Below are positions 18,859-30,399 of a stretch of 64,000 nucleotides of DNA, piece after piece (the first letter of the stretch is position 1; each line of letters begins with the position of its first letter). A program made the position numbers and the translations under genes. This DNA comes from an uncultured delta proteobacterium (GTDB lineage: Bacteria > Desulfobacterota > Desulfomonilia > UBA1062): positions 160,001 through 224,000 of the forward strand of contig CAWCTR010000007.1 of assembly GCA_963798485.1 (NCBI GenBank). Reading direction: 5' to 3'. Under the pieces are notes generated by a model. It had not been told where the DNA came from and did not search any database. It worked only from the letters and a program-made list of their open reading frames with translations.

Positions 18859-19818
18859 ATGTATGATGTGATCATTATCGGAGGCGGACCTGCAGGCCTT
18901 ACTGCAGGTATCTATGCAACACGCTCGGATATGAAGACGCTGCTCATCCGCAGCGCCTACAAGACAAGCCTCATTACGACCACCGACCTCATCGAGAATT
19001 ATCCCGGGTTTCCCGATGGAATCGGCGGTTTCGAGATCATTGAGCGCTTTACCCGGCAGGCCCTCAAGTTCGGCCTTGGAATCGTTGACGATGACATCAT
19101 AGCTGTTGCAAAGACCGGGACAGAAGGCCACGATGCCTGGGAGGTAAGCACGTCGGGCTCTGTTTACCAGGCATTGTCTCTGATCATCTCCACCGGCACT
19201 GAATATGCGCACCTCAATGTACCTGGTGAGGCCGAGTTCACGGGCAGAGGGGTATCCTACTGCGCCACGTGCGATGGTCCTTTTTACCGCGATGGCCGGC
19301 TTATCGTGGTGGGCGGAGGAGACACCGCAGTGCAGGAGGCCCTCTATCTTACGAATTTTGCATCGAGTGTCATCATTGTCCACCGGAGAGACCGGCTCAG
19401 GGCCGCAGCTGTCCTTAAGGACCGGGCGTTTGCCAATGCCAAGATATCATTTGAATGGAATGCCGTTATCGAAGATATCACCGGAGACTCGGTGGTTAAA
19501 GCGGTCAGGCTCAAGGATGTCAAAGACCCCGGGAAGTTAAAGACCGTACCCATAGACGGGGTCTTCATCTTCACAGGCACTATCCCCAATACTGCAATGT
19601 TCAATGGCGTTGTGGATATGGATGCACATGGGTACATAAAGGTGGATGCACACATGAATACATCCGCCAAAGGGATATTCGCCGGAGGCGACTGTACCAG
19701 TAAGCTCTTGCGGCAGGTGGTGACAGCCTGCGGGGACGGTGCCACCGCGGCCTTTGCTGCATACGAGTATGTAAGTACACTCAAGGGTACATCGTACGAA
19801 GGGGCCAAGACCCCTTAA
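18859..19818 (+). CDS. trxB: Thioredoxin reductase
   Basis: GGGPAG, GVSYCATCDG, GGGDTA, IFAGGD. Confidence 0.95.
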   Translation: MYDVIIIGGGPAGLTAGIYATRSDMKTLLIRSAYKTSLITTTDLIENYPGFPDGIGGFEIIERFTRQALKFGLGIVDDDIIAVAKTGTEGHDAWEVSTSGSVYQALSLIISTGTEYAHLNVPGEAEFTGRGVSYCATCDGPFYRDGRLIVVGGGDTAVQEALYLTNFASSVIIVHRRDRLRAAAVLKDRAFANAKISFEWNAVIEDITGDSVVKAVRLKDVKDPGKLKTVPIDGVFIFTGTIPNTAMFNGVVDMDAHGYIKVDAHMNTSAKGIFAGGDCTSKLLRQVVTACGDGATAAFAAYEYVSTLKGTSYEGAKTP

Positions 19819-19836
19819 AGGAAAAAGGAGGAGATC

Positions 19837-20187
19837 ATGCCGGAAGAAAAATTTGTGGATAACCCGGATACTGCCATTACCCTGACGGATAAGGATATCA
19901 ACGAGGCAGTGGCCAAGTATCCTTTCATCGTGGTGGATTGCTGGGCTGAGTGGTGCGGCCCGTGCAAGATGCTGGGCCCCATCGTGGAGAACCTTGCAAA
20001 AAAGCATGCCGGGCAGATTGTCTTCGGAAAGCTGGATGTGGATAAAAACCCCGATACTGCCAAAAAATACGGCATCCGCTCTATTCCGAACCTCCTGGTC
20101 TTCAAGGATGGTCAGAAGGTGGGTGACATAGTAGGCGCCCTGCCCGAGCCAAAGCTCATTGAGCGCATCAATGCACTGAAAGGTTGA
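19837..20187 (+). CDS. trxA: Thioredoxin
   Basis: WCGPC active site. Confidence 0.95.
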   Translation: MPEEKFVDNPDTAITLTDKDINEAVAKYPFIVVDCWAEWCGPCKMLGPIVENLAKKHAGQIVFGKLDVDKNPDTAKKYGIRSIPNLLVFKDGQKVGDIVGALPEPKLIERINALKG

Positions 20188-20198
20188 GCGGCGACCCT

Positions 20199-20651
20199 TT
20201 AAAAAAGCTTTTTACTGTCAAGCAGGATGGTGACAGGGCCATGGTTGATGATTGAAACGTCCATCATGGCCTGGAATTTTCCTGTCTCCACCTTGCCGGG
20301 AAAAAATTCTTTAACCTTTACGATAAGCCCTTCGAACTTCTCCCTGGCGGCTTGAGGCACTTCAGCACGCGAATAGGACGGCCTCCTGCCCTTCCTGGCA
20401 TCCCCGTGCAGGGTGAACTGTGATATGAGCAGGATTTCCCCTCTCACATCCGAGACATCGAGGTTCATAACCCCGGTTTCATCATCGAATATCCTTATGC
20501 TGCAGATCTTCCGGGCAAGGTAATCAATGTCAATAGGCCCGTCTCCCGCCTCAATCCCCACCAGGCAGCACAGGCCCATGCCGATCCTCGACAACTCCTC
20601 CCCATCCACGGTTACGGATGCGCCCTTTACCCTCTGTATCACTGTCCGCAT
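20199..20651 (-). CDS. dtd: D-aminoacyl-tRNA deacylase
   Basis: MRTVIQRV, SQFTL, KGRRPS, NHGPVT. Confidence 0.95.
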   Translation of the reverse strand: MRTVIQRVKGASVTVDGEELSRIGMGLCCLVGIEAGDGPIDIDYLARKICSIRIFDDETGVMNLDVSDVRGEILLISQFTLHGDARKGRRPSYSRAEVPQAAREKFEGLIVKVKEFFPGKVETGKFQAMMDVSIINHGPVTILLDSKKLF

Positions 20652-20670
20652 CTCTTATTACTTTTTTAAA

Positions 20671-20696
20671 ATAGGCCCCCAAACGAGGGGGCCTAT
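20671..20696 (-). terminator. Probable terminator after the DegP/DegQ gene
   Basis: ATAGGCCCCC..GGGGGCCTAT hairpin with a short U-run on the minus strand. Confidence 0.55.
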
Positions 20697-20703
20697 GAAG
20701 AAC

Positions 20704-22083
<1,380 letters not shown>

Positions 22084-22188
22084 TGATGTCCCTCCTTTTC
22101 CTGGAGGGGGACATAACACAGAAATCCGGTCTCATCAATCGATTTGCCCTTGTAAATTTCTCCAAAAATCCTGTAGTAACTTGATGCC

Positions 22189-23097
22189 ATGGGCATAAAC
22201 AGCACCCGCGGCTTTCATAGGGCTACCCCCATCGATCTTCTGAAGGAGCTCACCATCTGCGAATCTCTGGGCTCACTTAAGAGCCCATACATAAAGGCCT
22301 TTAATCTGGACAAGGCATATGGAGGGCTTCTGGGTGATTTTCTGGTGAAAATGGGCCTGCTCGATCCCTGTTCGGTTGTCCTTGAGATGGGCGGCGGTTA
22401 CGGCAGCCTCATGCACGGCCTGCTGACCTCCCCGCATGGCCGGCTTATACAAAAGGCCTTCATGATGGACTTATCCATGATGCTGCTGAAAAAACAGCGT
22501 GAAAGGCTTGAAGAGTTTCATGACAAGGTCTCCTTCATCCAGGCCGATATCCACGAGCTCAAGGGGGCCAAAGGCCGCTTGGACCTTATCATCATAAATG
22601 AGGTCATCGGTGATCTTGATACGGCGACCGGCCTCGATCCTCACCATCTCCCCCTAGATGTAACACAGCTCATTACAGCCTATGGGCTCGAATTTCCACG
22701 TCAGGGGCCCTTCAACTTTAATATCGGGGTGCTACGGCTCTTGGAAACCATCTGCAGGCTCGGGGTGCCGGCATTCATCAGCGAGCATTCCTGTGACCCC
22801 ATTATCCCTGGAGATATGCCCTACCTTACGGAAGGATTAGCGCTCGATTCCTTCCCCAGGGAGATCCCGCTCTATGCCCACAAAGAGTATACCATCCGGT
22901 TCTCGCATCTTATCAAGGTGGCCCGCTTCTTCGGCAGGACCATTGCCACCGGGTCGCTTTTAGATCTCCTGGGGATTAAAAACGCCGCAGCATTGAGGTT
23001 TATCTTTACCAGCCGTGCCTGTTCAACGGAAAAACAGGAGATCATCTTCGAATTCCTTGACCATGTGCGCGAATACCGGTGGCTCACTATTACCTGA
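22189..23097 (+). CDS. Class I SAM-dependent methyltransferase
   Basis: VLEMGGGYG motif I; DLS; ADI. Confidence 0.65.
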   Translation: MGINSTRGFHRATPIDLLKELTICESLGSLKSPYIKAFNLDKAYGGLLGDFLVKMGLLDPCSVVLEMGGGYGSLMHGLLTSPHGRLIQKAFMMDLSMMLLKKQRERLEEFHDKVSFIQADIHELKGAKGRLDLIIINEVIGDLDTATGLDPHHLPLDVTQLITAYGLEFPRQGPFNFNIGVLRLLETICRLGVPAFISEHSCDPIIPGDMPYLTEGLALDSFPREIPLYAHKEYTIRFSHLIKVARFFGRTIATGSLLDLLGIKNAAALRFIFTSRACSTEKQEIIFEFLDHVREYRWLTIT

Positions 23098-23224
23098 TAA
23101 TCCCTTAACCGAGGTCTTAAGGATTGATTCGTCCCCCATGCACTTTAAGATTTACTCTGAATGAGATTTCAATTATAGCATCCATCTACCCGATATACCT
23201 TTAATCTATTTATTGAGGTCACAC

Positions 23225-24679
23225 ATGACACAGGAAAACAATTCGGACGACACCACCAAGACCATGGCAGAGCTCCTTGATTCCTACGGCTCTGAACAAC
23301 GCGACACCATCCAGGTGGGAGACAGGATCAAGGGCAAGATCATTTCCATCGGAAGAGAGCATATTTTCGTGGACACCGGATACAAGATGGACGGTGTCAT
23401 CGAGCGCTCGGAGTTTGTTGATGAGGACGGAAACCTGCCTTATGAGGTCGGCGACACCATCGATGCCTTTGTCATGTCCCGAAAGGGCGGCGAGATCAAG
23501 CTGAGCAAGGCCATCTCCGGCATCGGCGGTCTGACCATCTTACAGGATGCCCATGAAAAGGCAGTGCCCATCGAAGGGAAGGTGTTGGAGCAGGTCAAGG
23601 GAGGGTACCGTGTTGAGGTGGTAAAACGCAAGGCCTTCTGTCCCTTCAGCCAGATGGACCTGTTCCGTGTCGAAGATAATTCCATCCATATAGGCAAGAC
23701 ATACCTCTTCCTCATCACCGAGCTGGAGGAAGACGGCGATAATATTATCCTTTCCAGAAAGATCTTGCTGGAGCAGGAGCAAACCAAGATAAAAGAGGCC
23801 TTCTTCGACCGTATGGAGGTAGGCGCCGTGCTTGAGGGAACCGTGAACAGGCTCATGCCCTATGGCGCGCTTGTGGAATTGGCTGAGGGCATTGAGGGCA
23901 TGGTTCACGTATCCGAGATGAGCTGGTCCAGGATACTCTCGCCCGAAGACATCCTGCACGCAGGCGAGAAGATCACGGTCAAGGTGCTCAGCATCGAGCA
24001 AGACCCGAAGTCCAGCCGCAAGAGGATATCGCTGTCCATGAAACAGGTGGGTGATGACCCCTGGGGCAGTGTGCTGAACCGCTTCAAGCCTGGGGAAAGG
24101 CTGCGGGCAAAGGTGACGCGAATCGCGGACTTTGGTGTGTTCGTGGAGATAGCACCGGGCATCGAGGGGCTCGTGCACATCAGCGAGATGAGCTACAAGA
24201 AACGCGTGAAAAAGCCCCAGGACATGGTCTCGGTGGGTGATGAAGTGGATGTGATGATCAAGGACATCTCGCCTGAATCCAAGCGGATCTCGCTTTCCAT
24301 GAAAGAGGCCGAGGGTGACCCGTGGATCGCCCTGGCCGAGCGTTTTAAGATCGGCCAGGTGGCGGAAGGGACCCTGGAGCGCAAAGAAAAGTACGGGTAC
24401 TTTGTCAACCTGGAGCCCGGCGTTACGGGCCTCATGCCCAAATCCAAGATCGCTGCCTCGTACGACGCCCAGGAGATCGAGAAGAAGCGGGAGGGTGAGA
24501 CGATCACGGTGTGCGTCGAGGAGATGGACATCACCAACCGCAAGATCACCCTCGCCCCTGGCGACGCGCATGCAGGAGGCGACTGGAAGGGCTTTGCATC
24601 TGAATCCGGCAAGTCATTCGGCTCGCTTGGGGATAAGCTGAAATCGGCCCTCGATACCAAGGATAAGAAGAGAACGTAG
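23225..24679 (+). CDS. rpsA: 30S ribosomal protein S1-like (multiple S1 domains)
   Basis: Repeated GIEG(M/L)VH(V/I)SEMS..RISLSMK S1 repeats. Confidence 0.85.
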   Translation: MTQENNSDDTTKTMAELLDSYGSEQRDTIQVGDRIKGKIISIGREHIFVDTGYKMDGVIERSEFVDEDGNLPYEVGDTIDAFVMSRKGGEIKLSKAISGIGGLTILQDAHEKAVPIEGKVLEQVKGGYRVEVVKRKAFCPFSQMDLFRVEDNSIHIGKTYLFLITELEEDGDNIILSRKILLEQEQTKIKEAFFDRMEVGAVLEGTVNRLMPYGALVELAEGIEGMVHVSEMSWSRILSPEDILHAGEKITVKVLSIEQDPKSSRKRISLSMKQVGDDPWGSVLNRFKPGERLRAKVTRIADFGVFVEIAPGIEGLVHISEMSYKKRVKKPQDMVSVGDEVDVMIKDISPESKRISLSMKEAEGDPWIALAERFKIGQVAEGTLERKEKYGYFVNLEPGVTGLMPKSKIAASYDAQEIEKKREGETITVCVEEMDITNRKITLAPGDAHAGGDWKGFASESGKSFGSLGDKLKSALDTKDKKRT

Positions 24680-24857
24680 GGATAGAGCCGCCGGCTGGCG
24701 GTTATAAGCTGAAGGGGCATACCTAAGAAAAAAGTTACATCGATCGGGACGAAAATTTCTATTCATGAGTCATTCCTCGGAGTCTTCGAATCCAGAGATA
24801 GTATCCAAATTTTGTTCAGGCATACCGAATAATCTTGATTGTTATTATGACTTGTAT

Positions 24858-24887
24858 AATAGTAAGTTCATCAGTCAACTTACTATT
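24858..24887. promoter_or_regulatory. Inverted repeat upstream of GntR/FadR regulator (possible operator)
   Basis: AATAGTAAGTT-N8-AACTTACTATT. Confidence 0.5.
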
Positions 24888-24896
24888 GGAATAGCT

Positions 24897-25640
24897 ATGG
24901 AGGCAAAAGGAAGATTCATCTCGCCGATCCGGAAGTCGCCGGCTATCCCTACGCTGGTGGCTGATCAGATTATCGACCTTATCAGCCGGGGCAAGCTCAA
25001 GCCGGGCGACAAGCTCCCCTCCGAGCACGAAATGACCGAGCGCTTCCGCATCAGCAGGATCTCGCTGCGGGAGGCCATGAAGCTTCTCGAAGCCAAAGGA
25101 TACGTCGAGTCCCGGCACCGGAAAGGCAAGTATGTCAGGTCCTCTGCAGATGCGGGAAGGTCATCGCTCGAGGACCTCCTGCTTGTGGACCAGGAGAAGA
25201 TCTGGGAACTGCTGTGCGTCCGCAGGATACTGGATTCCGAGGCAGCCCGCCTTGCCTGCCTGAACGCCTCACCGAAAGACCTCGCACAGCTCAAAAAAAT
25301 ATACGAGCGCGCGTTAGAAGTAGGAGAGGACGAGGTCCTCCACAATGTGGTCCTGGGGGGCAAGCTCTATATCGATTTTTTCAACGCCCTTTTGGAATCG
25401 ACAAAGAATTCAATCTTTTTGCATATCCGCAAGTCAATGAACTCGCTGCTCATCGGCGCGTTGCCCTACACCAGGAAAAAGCTTTCAACCATCGAGGGAA
25501 GCTCGCGCACCATTGTCAGACAGCTCTATGCACTCTGCCAGGCCATTGAACGGCGTGATGCAGAGGCGGCGCGCCAGGCTACCGAGGAACATATAGATTA
25601 TCTGAAACGATCGTTGAAAAAGGCATTATCGGTCTCCTGA
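24897..25640 (+). CDS. GntR/FadR-family transcriptional regulator
   Basis: LKPGDKLPSE..SRISLREAM HTH and FCD domain. Confidence 0.9.
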   Translation: MEAKGRFISPIRKSPAIPTLVADQIIDLISRGKLKPGDKLPSEHEMTERFRISRISLREAMKLLEAKGYVESRHRKGKYVRSSADAGRSSLEDLLLVDQEKIWELLCVRRILDSEAARLACLNASPKDLAQLKKIYERALEVGEDEVLHNVVLGGKLYIDFFNALLESTKNSIFLHIRKSMNSLLIGALPYTRKKLSTIEGSSRTIVRQLYALCQAIERRDAEAARQATEEHIDYLKRSLKKALSVS

Positions 25641-26160
25641 ATCAACCCTCCTGTTTAATATTGTCTTGGCGCCCACGGTATCGATGTACCTGAAGGGGCC
25701 GCCCGTGAACGGCGGAAATCCCAGGCCGAACACGGCGCCGATATCGCCGTCCCGTGCGCAGGAGAGGATCCCCTCCTGGAGGCAAAGCGCGGCCTCGTTG
25801 AGCATGGGGATGAGGATGCGGGTGGTATAAAACCCCGGGCAGTCCTTCACCACGATACAGGTCTTTCCCTGAGCGATACCGAACTCCAGGGCCGTTGCCT
25901 TGACCCAGTCCGCAGTCTTGTCCGTTGTGATGATCTCAAGGAGCGGCATCTTGGGCACGGGTGAGAAGTAGTGCATGCCGATTGGACATCGCGTTCGAAG
26001 CGGGTGATGGACCCGGACTTAGCCCTCTTGTCGAGCCCTTTATATACCTCCTTCATGCCCTTTGCCGCCGCGGCAAGGGAGATGTCTTTTATCAGGAGGG
26101 TTTCACAAAGACCTGTGGAGACGGATGCAATACCATGCCCCATGAGCCCCGCCCCAAGGT
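25626..26160 (-). pseudogene. Fragments of fatty-acid oxidation complex alpha subunit (FadJ-like)
   Basis: LGAGLMG, MHYFSPV.KMPL, VVKD.PGF and FGLGFPPFTGGP motifs joined by deletions and frameshifts. Confidence 0.85.
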
Positions 26161-26592
26161 TACATCCAAGATAAACCTCCGGTACCGCTTGGAGACCTTG
26201 ATGTCGGCATCCGAACAGCTCTCCACGCCGCCTGCTATCACAATATCCGCATTCCCGGTTTCGATGAGATTGGCCCCGTTGGTAAAGGCCATATTGGCGG
26301 ATACGCATGCAAGGGTGCAGGTATGCGCAGGCACATTGATGGGCAGGCCTGCGCCGAGCGCCACCTCGTGCGCAACGTTCGTCATGGCGATGTCCTTGGC
26401 CACACACCCCATCAGGACATGATCGATATCGTGGGGCGAAACACCGGTCTTGGCCAGGAGACCCTTCACGGCAAAACTGCCGAGCTGCCAGGCCATGAGG
26501 TCATAATAACCGGTGCCGGACCTTTGGAACGGGACACGGCAGCCATCGATGACCACGACCCTGCGCACCGACTTATCTACCTTTTTTGCCAT
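26161..26592 (-). pseudogene. N-terminal fragment of thiolase (FadI-like)
   Basis: VVVIDGCRVPF, AHTCTLACVS, IAGGVES; C-terminal two thirds missing. Confidence 0.85.
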
Positions 26593-26638
26593 ACTCCCTC
26601 CACGATCTCATATTCTTGTTGTTCATCCACTCCTCTGG

Positions 26639-27790
26639 CTACAGCCCGAGCTGCCTTGAAATGATGAGCAGCATGATCTCGGACGTGCCTGCATAGATGG
26701 TCTGGACCCGTGCGTCGCGGAACATGCGGGCGATGGGGTATTCCTCCATGTACCCATAGCCGCCGTGGAACTGGAGGCATTGTGTGACCACCCTGTTGAG
26801 CATCTCGCAGACCCAGTACTTGGCCATGGATGCCTTCTTGACATCTTTTCTGCCTTCTATGTGATCGATGAGCAGGCTCTCCACAAAGGTGCGACCCACC
26901 TCCACCTCGGTCGCCATCTTGGCGAGCTCGAAGGAGATGTACTGGAAGCGGCTGATGGGCCTGCCGAAGGCCTCACGCGTCTTGGTAAACTCGATGGTGA
27001 GGCGCAGCGCCTCTTCCGCCCCCACCTGTGAGCCCATGGCGCACACGAGCCGTTCCTGCTGGAGCTTGTCCATGAGGCAGTAGAACCCCTGGCCCTCGTT
27101 TCCCAGCAGGTTCGAGGCAGGGACGCGGCAGTCCACAAAGGCCATTTCAAGGGTGTCCTGGGAATGCAGCCCGAGCTTGTCGAGCTTCCTGCCCTTTTCG
27201 AAACCCGGCGTGCCGTCCTCCACCACGATGAGCGACATGCCCTCGTACGGGCTGGCGGCATTCAGGTTGGTCCGGGCGGCCACGATGACCAGGTCGCAGT
27301 TGATGCCGTTTGATATAAAGGTCTTCTGGCCGTTGATAACGTATGAATCGCCATCCTTGATCGCCGTGGTGCGGATGGCCGCCAGGTCGGAGCCCGTGCC
27401 CGGTTCGGTCATGGCGATGGCCGTGATGATATCGCCCGTGACGCAGCCAGGCAGCCATTTTTTCTTCTGTTCATCAGTACCGTAGGTGAAGATGTAGGGT
27501 ACGACGATGTCCGAATGGAGCGGGAAGAAAAAGCCCCCGCAGCGGGTCCGTGCGAGCTCCTCGGTCAGGATAAAGGAATAGAGGAAGTCGACCCCGGAGC
27601 CGCCGTATTCCTCGGGCAGCCATGGGCAGAGGAAGCCCTGTTCTGCAAATTTCTTCCAGGCCTCCTTGGGGACGATCCCATCTATCTCCCATTGGTCCGC
27701 TTTCGGGGTGACCTCTTTTTCGAAATATCGCCTCACCGATTCCCGGAATATTTGATGTTCCTCGGTATAGTACTTGTCCAGCAATGACAT
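26639..27790 (-). CDS. Acyl-CoA dehydrogenase (LCAD type)
   Basis: AMTEPGTGSDL, NGQKTFISNG, LQQERL, HGGYGYM, IYAGT. Confidence 0.95.
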   Translation of the reverse strand: MSLLDKYYTEEHQIFRESVRRYFEKEVTPKADQWEIDGIVPKEAWKKFAEQGFLCPWLPEEYGGSGVDFLYSFILTEELARTRCGGFFFPLHSDIVVPYIFTYGTDEQKKKWLPGCVTGDIITAIAMTEPGTGSDLAAIRTTAIKDGDSYVINGQKTFISNGINCDLVIVAARTNLNAASPYEGMSLIVVEDGTPGFEKGRKLDKLGLHSQDTLEMAFVDCRVPASNLLGNEGQGFYCLMDKLQQERLVCAMGSQVGAEEALRLTIEFTKTREAFGRPISRFQYISFELAKMATEVEVGRTFVESLLIDHIEGRKDVKKASMAKYWVCEMLNRVVTQCLQFHGGYGYMEEYPIARMFRDARVQTIYAGTSEIMLLIISRQLGL

Positions 27791-27823
27791 GGCATCCTCC
27801 TTTAAGATCCTTTCCCCATCATT

Positions 27824-29452
27824 TCAGAACTGCAATGACTTCAGCTTGCCGTCCGCATAGAGCCGCCTGAGCTCACGCTTGTTGAATTTGCCTACACTTG
27901 TCTTGGGGAGCTCGGCCATGAAGATGAACTCATCCGGGATCCACCAGGCGGCCTTGACCTTGTCCTTGAGGAAATCCTTCAGTTCGTCGGCGGTAACGCT
28001 CTGGCCGGGTGCCATGGCGATACAGGCCAGAGGGCGCTCCTGCCATTTGGGGTGCGGTACGCCGATGATGGCGGCCTCCATGACCTTGGGATGGGCCATG
28101 ATAAGGTTCTCGAGGTCCACCGAGGAGATCCACTCACCCGCGCTCTTGACCAGGTCCTTCTTCCGGTCAACGAGCCTTACATAGCCCTCCTCGTCAATGA
28201 CACCGACGTCGCCGGTGTGGAACCAGCCGTCACCGAAGGTCTCCTTGGACCGCTCCGGGTCCTTGTAGTATTCGTTCGCGATCCACGGTCCGCGGAGCCA
28301 GATCTCGCCCCACTCCTTGCCGTCCATCTTCACCTCGGCTCCTAAGTCGTTCACGATCTTCATCTCGAGTCCGATCGCAATGAGCCCCACGCTCGTCTTG
28401 AGGTCGTAGAGCTTGTCCGCCGGCCAGTCCTTCATATAGCTCTTGGGTATGGCTGCTGTGGCGAGCGGCGTAGTCTCGGTCGAGCCGTAGGCCTGCTTGA
28501 TGGGGAAGTTGTACTTCTCGGTCAGGTCTATCATGAGCTGCCTGGGTATGGCGGCGCCGCCGCTGGCAATGGTCCTGAGCGACGAGAAGTCGTGCCATCC
28601 GCCTTTTTCCAAATAGTCGTAGAGGAGCATCCAGATGGTGGGCACACCCGCGGTGAAGGTGACCTTCTCTTGGGCAATGGTGTGGCAGAGCTTCTCCATG
28701 TTGATCACCTCCCTGCCGGGAAGGACCTGCTTGCACCCTGCGCCAACCGCGGCAAAGGGCGCACACCAGGCATTGGCGTGGAACATGGGCACGATGTGCA
28801 GGATGCAGTCCGCCTCGCTTGCACCGAAGGTGATGGCCACGGCATAGGTGTGGAGTATGATGGCCCGGTGGGAGTACACCACGCCCTTGGGGTCGCCCGT
28901 GGTCGCCGAGGTGTAGCAGATCATGGCCGGGTCCCACTCGGAGAGGTCAACAGGGAAGTCGTACTCTTCCGGGAACTGGGCGATGAGCTCGTCATACATG
29001 ATGAGGTTCTCTATGGAAGATGCCGGCTTCTTGCCCGTGTGCGAGAGCACCACGATGTGCCTGACGTTCTTGAGCTGGTCTTTTACCATCTCCACGAACA
29101 TGAGCAGGTCTTCGTCCACGAAGATAACCTGGTCTTCCGCATGGTTGATGATGTAGACGAGGTGGTTCTGCGGGAGCCTGAAGTTCACGGTGTGCAATAC
29201 CGCCCCGGTGCACGGCACGCCGAAGTAGAGCTCCAGGTGCCGGTGATCGTTGAGCGCCATGCTCGCAACCTTATCCCCTCGCTTGATGCCCAGCGACTTC
29301 AGGGCATGGGCGAGCTGGCACACCCTTTTGTAGTAGTCCCCATAGGTGTACCGGTGCACGCCTTCGGGGAATACGGAGACGACCTCTTTCTTTGGGAAAT
29401 ACCTGGCAGTCCTCATCAGAAACGTCCTGAGCAGAAGGGGTGTGTCCATCAT
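27824..29452 (-). CDS. Fatty-acid--CoA ligase
   Basis: YTSATTGDPKG, VPMFHANAW, WFHTGD, LPKTSVGK. Confidence 0.93.
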   Translation of the reverse strand: MMDTPLLLRTFLMRTARYFPKKEVVSVFPEGVHRYTYGDYYKRVCQLAHALKSLGIKRGDKVASMALNDHRHLELYFGVPCTGAVLHTVNFRLPQNHLVYIINHAEDQVIFVDEDLLMFVEMVKDQLKNVRHIVVLSHTGKKPASSIENLIMYDELIAQFPEEYDFPVDLSEWDPAMICYTSATTGDPKGVVYSHRAIILHTYAVAITFGASEADCILHIVPMFHANAWCAPFAAVGAGCKQVLPGREVINMEKLCHTIAQEKVTFTAGVPTIWMLLYDYLEKGGWHDFSSLRTIASGGAAIPRQLMIDLTEKYNFPIKQAYGSTETTPLATAAIPKSYMKDWPADKLYDLKTSVGLIAIGLEMKIVNDLGAEVKMDGKEWGEIWLRGPWIANEYYKDPERSKETFGDGWFHTGDVGVIDEEGYVRLVDRKKDLVKSAGEWISSVDLENLIMAHPKVMEAAIIGVPHPKWQERPLACIAMAPGQSVTADELKDFLKDKVKAAWWIPDEFIFMAELPKTSVGKFNKRELRRLYADGKLKSLQF

Positions 29453-29479
29453 GGCTAAAGCCTCCAATGCATTTTGTAT

Positions 29480-29494
29480 TATTGTATTACAATA
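29480..29494. promoter_or_regulatory. GntR/FadR-type palindromic operator upstream of ligase operon
   Basis: TATTGTA-T-TACAATA palindrome. Confidence 0.5.
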
Positions 29495-29595
29495 CTAATA
29501 TATGCAGAATTTTTCGTGACAAATCAAGCATGTTTTTCGGAGGAAGGTACCCGGGTAATTTCAAAGGGTCCCCCTTTTTAGAGACTATGCAGCAA

Positions 29596-29689
29596 TGTCA
29601 TTACGAGGGAGTGAAACGACCGCGGCAATCTCGTAACTTACTGATGTTGTATGAGATCGCCACGTCGCCTTTGGCTCCTCGCGATGACA
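29596..29689. repeat. REP-like palindromic element (GTCATTGCGAG..GCAATCTC/GAGATTGC..CGCAATGAC type), degenerate
   Basis: TGTCATTACGAGG..GGCAATCTC..GAGATCGCC..CCTCGCGATGACA inverted arms. Confidence 0.7.
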
Positions 29690-29883
29690 GACGCGAGTTA
29701 TGACACCGTCTCTTGGCAAGAGAGGTTGTGTAGTACTACACGGCTTATCACCCCGCGGCCCCACATCGGTGAGCACCCGCTGTATCCATGGAAGAAACTT
29801 TTATTGTTATTTCGAGCGTAGCACAGCAGGCGTGGCTCACTGTTATCCATGGAGGTAACTTGGCATAGACGTTGTTTCTTCAA

Positions 29884-29977
29884 GTCCCCCTCCTTTTTAA
29901 GGAAGGGGACAGGGGAGATTTTCTTCCACTATGCATAATGCGTGCTCAAATCCCTTCTATCCTCCCTTTACAAAAGG
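29884..29977. repeat. REP-like element (CCCCCTTT..AAAGGGGG type), degenerate
   Basis: CCCCCTCCTTTTTAAGGAAGGGG..GGGGAGATTT and inverted AAATCCC..CCCTTTACAAAAGG. Confidence 0.55.
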
Positions 29978-30324
29978 CAGCGACTTGGCGGCACGATCCA
30001 GCCGCAACCCCTTTTCTTTGACAACTCCACTCTCTTACTGGTAAAATACAGCCTTATCCTGTGCAGTACAGCATGAAATGGAATGACAACAGCCTGCCGC
30101 TTTTGAAGGAGAGCCCTATACAACTCCACGAATCCACCCTCCATACACGGAGTTTGGGTGATATCAGCCCATTCGGGCCAACGGTTTCTTTACGCGGTCT
30201 CGGGTCTCTTCAAGGCACAATCAGTATAGGATGAAATATGTAAGGCGAGTAAATGGCAAGATCATGGTCAAAGCGCATGGTCGAAGCAAAATAGTTTTTC
30301 CACATTTTGTGTCTATTAGTCCCT

Positions 30325-30380
30325 TATACCGAATTCTGTCATATTAAATATCAAAGAATTCGGTATAGTAATTGTTCGCC
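30325..30380 (+). mobile_element. Integron attI-like site
   Basis: 13-bp perfect IR TATACCGAATTCT/AGAATTCGGTATA, then GTAATT-GTTCGCC core directly before the cassette ORF. Confidence 0.55.
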
Positions 30381-30399
30381 TCACAAGAAAGGATCAATT

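Noticed and set aside
29980-30320. Integron integrase gene or remnant
   Set aside because: No ORF or tyrosine-recombinase motif recognisable on either strand
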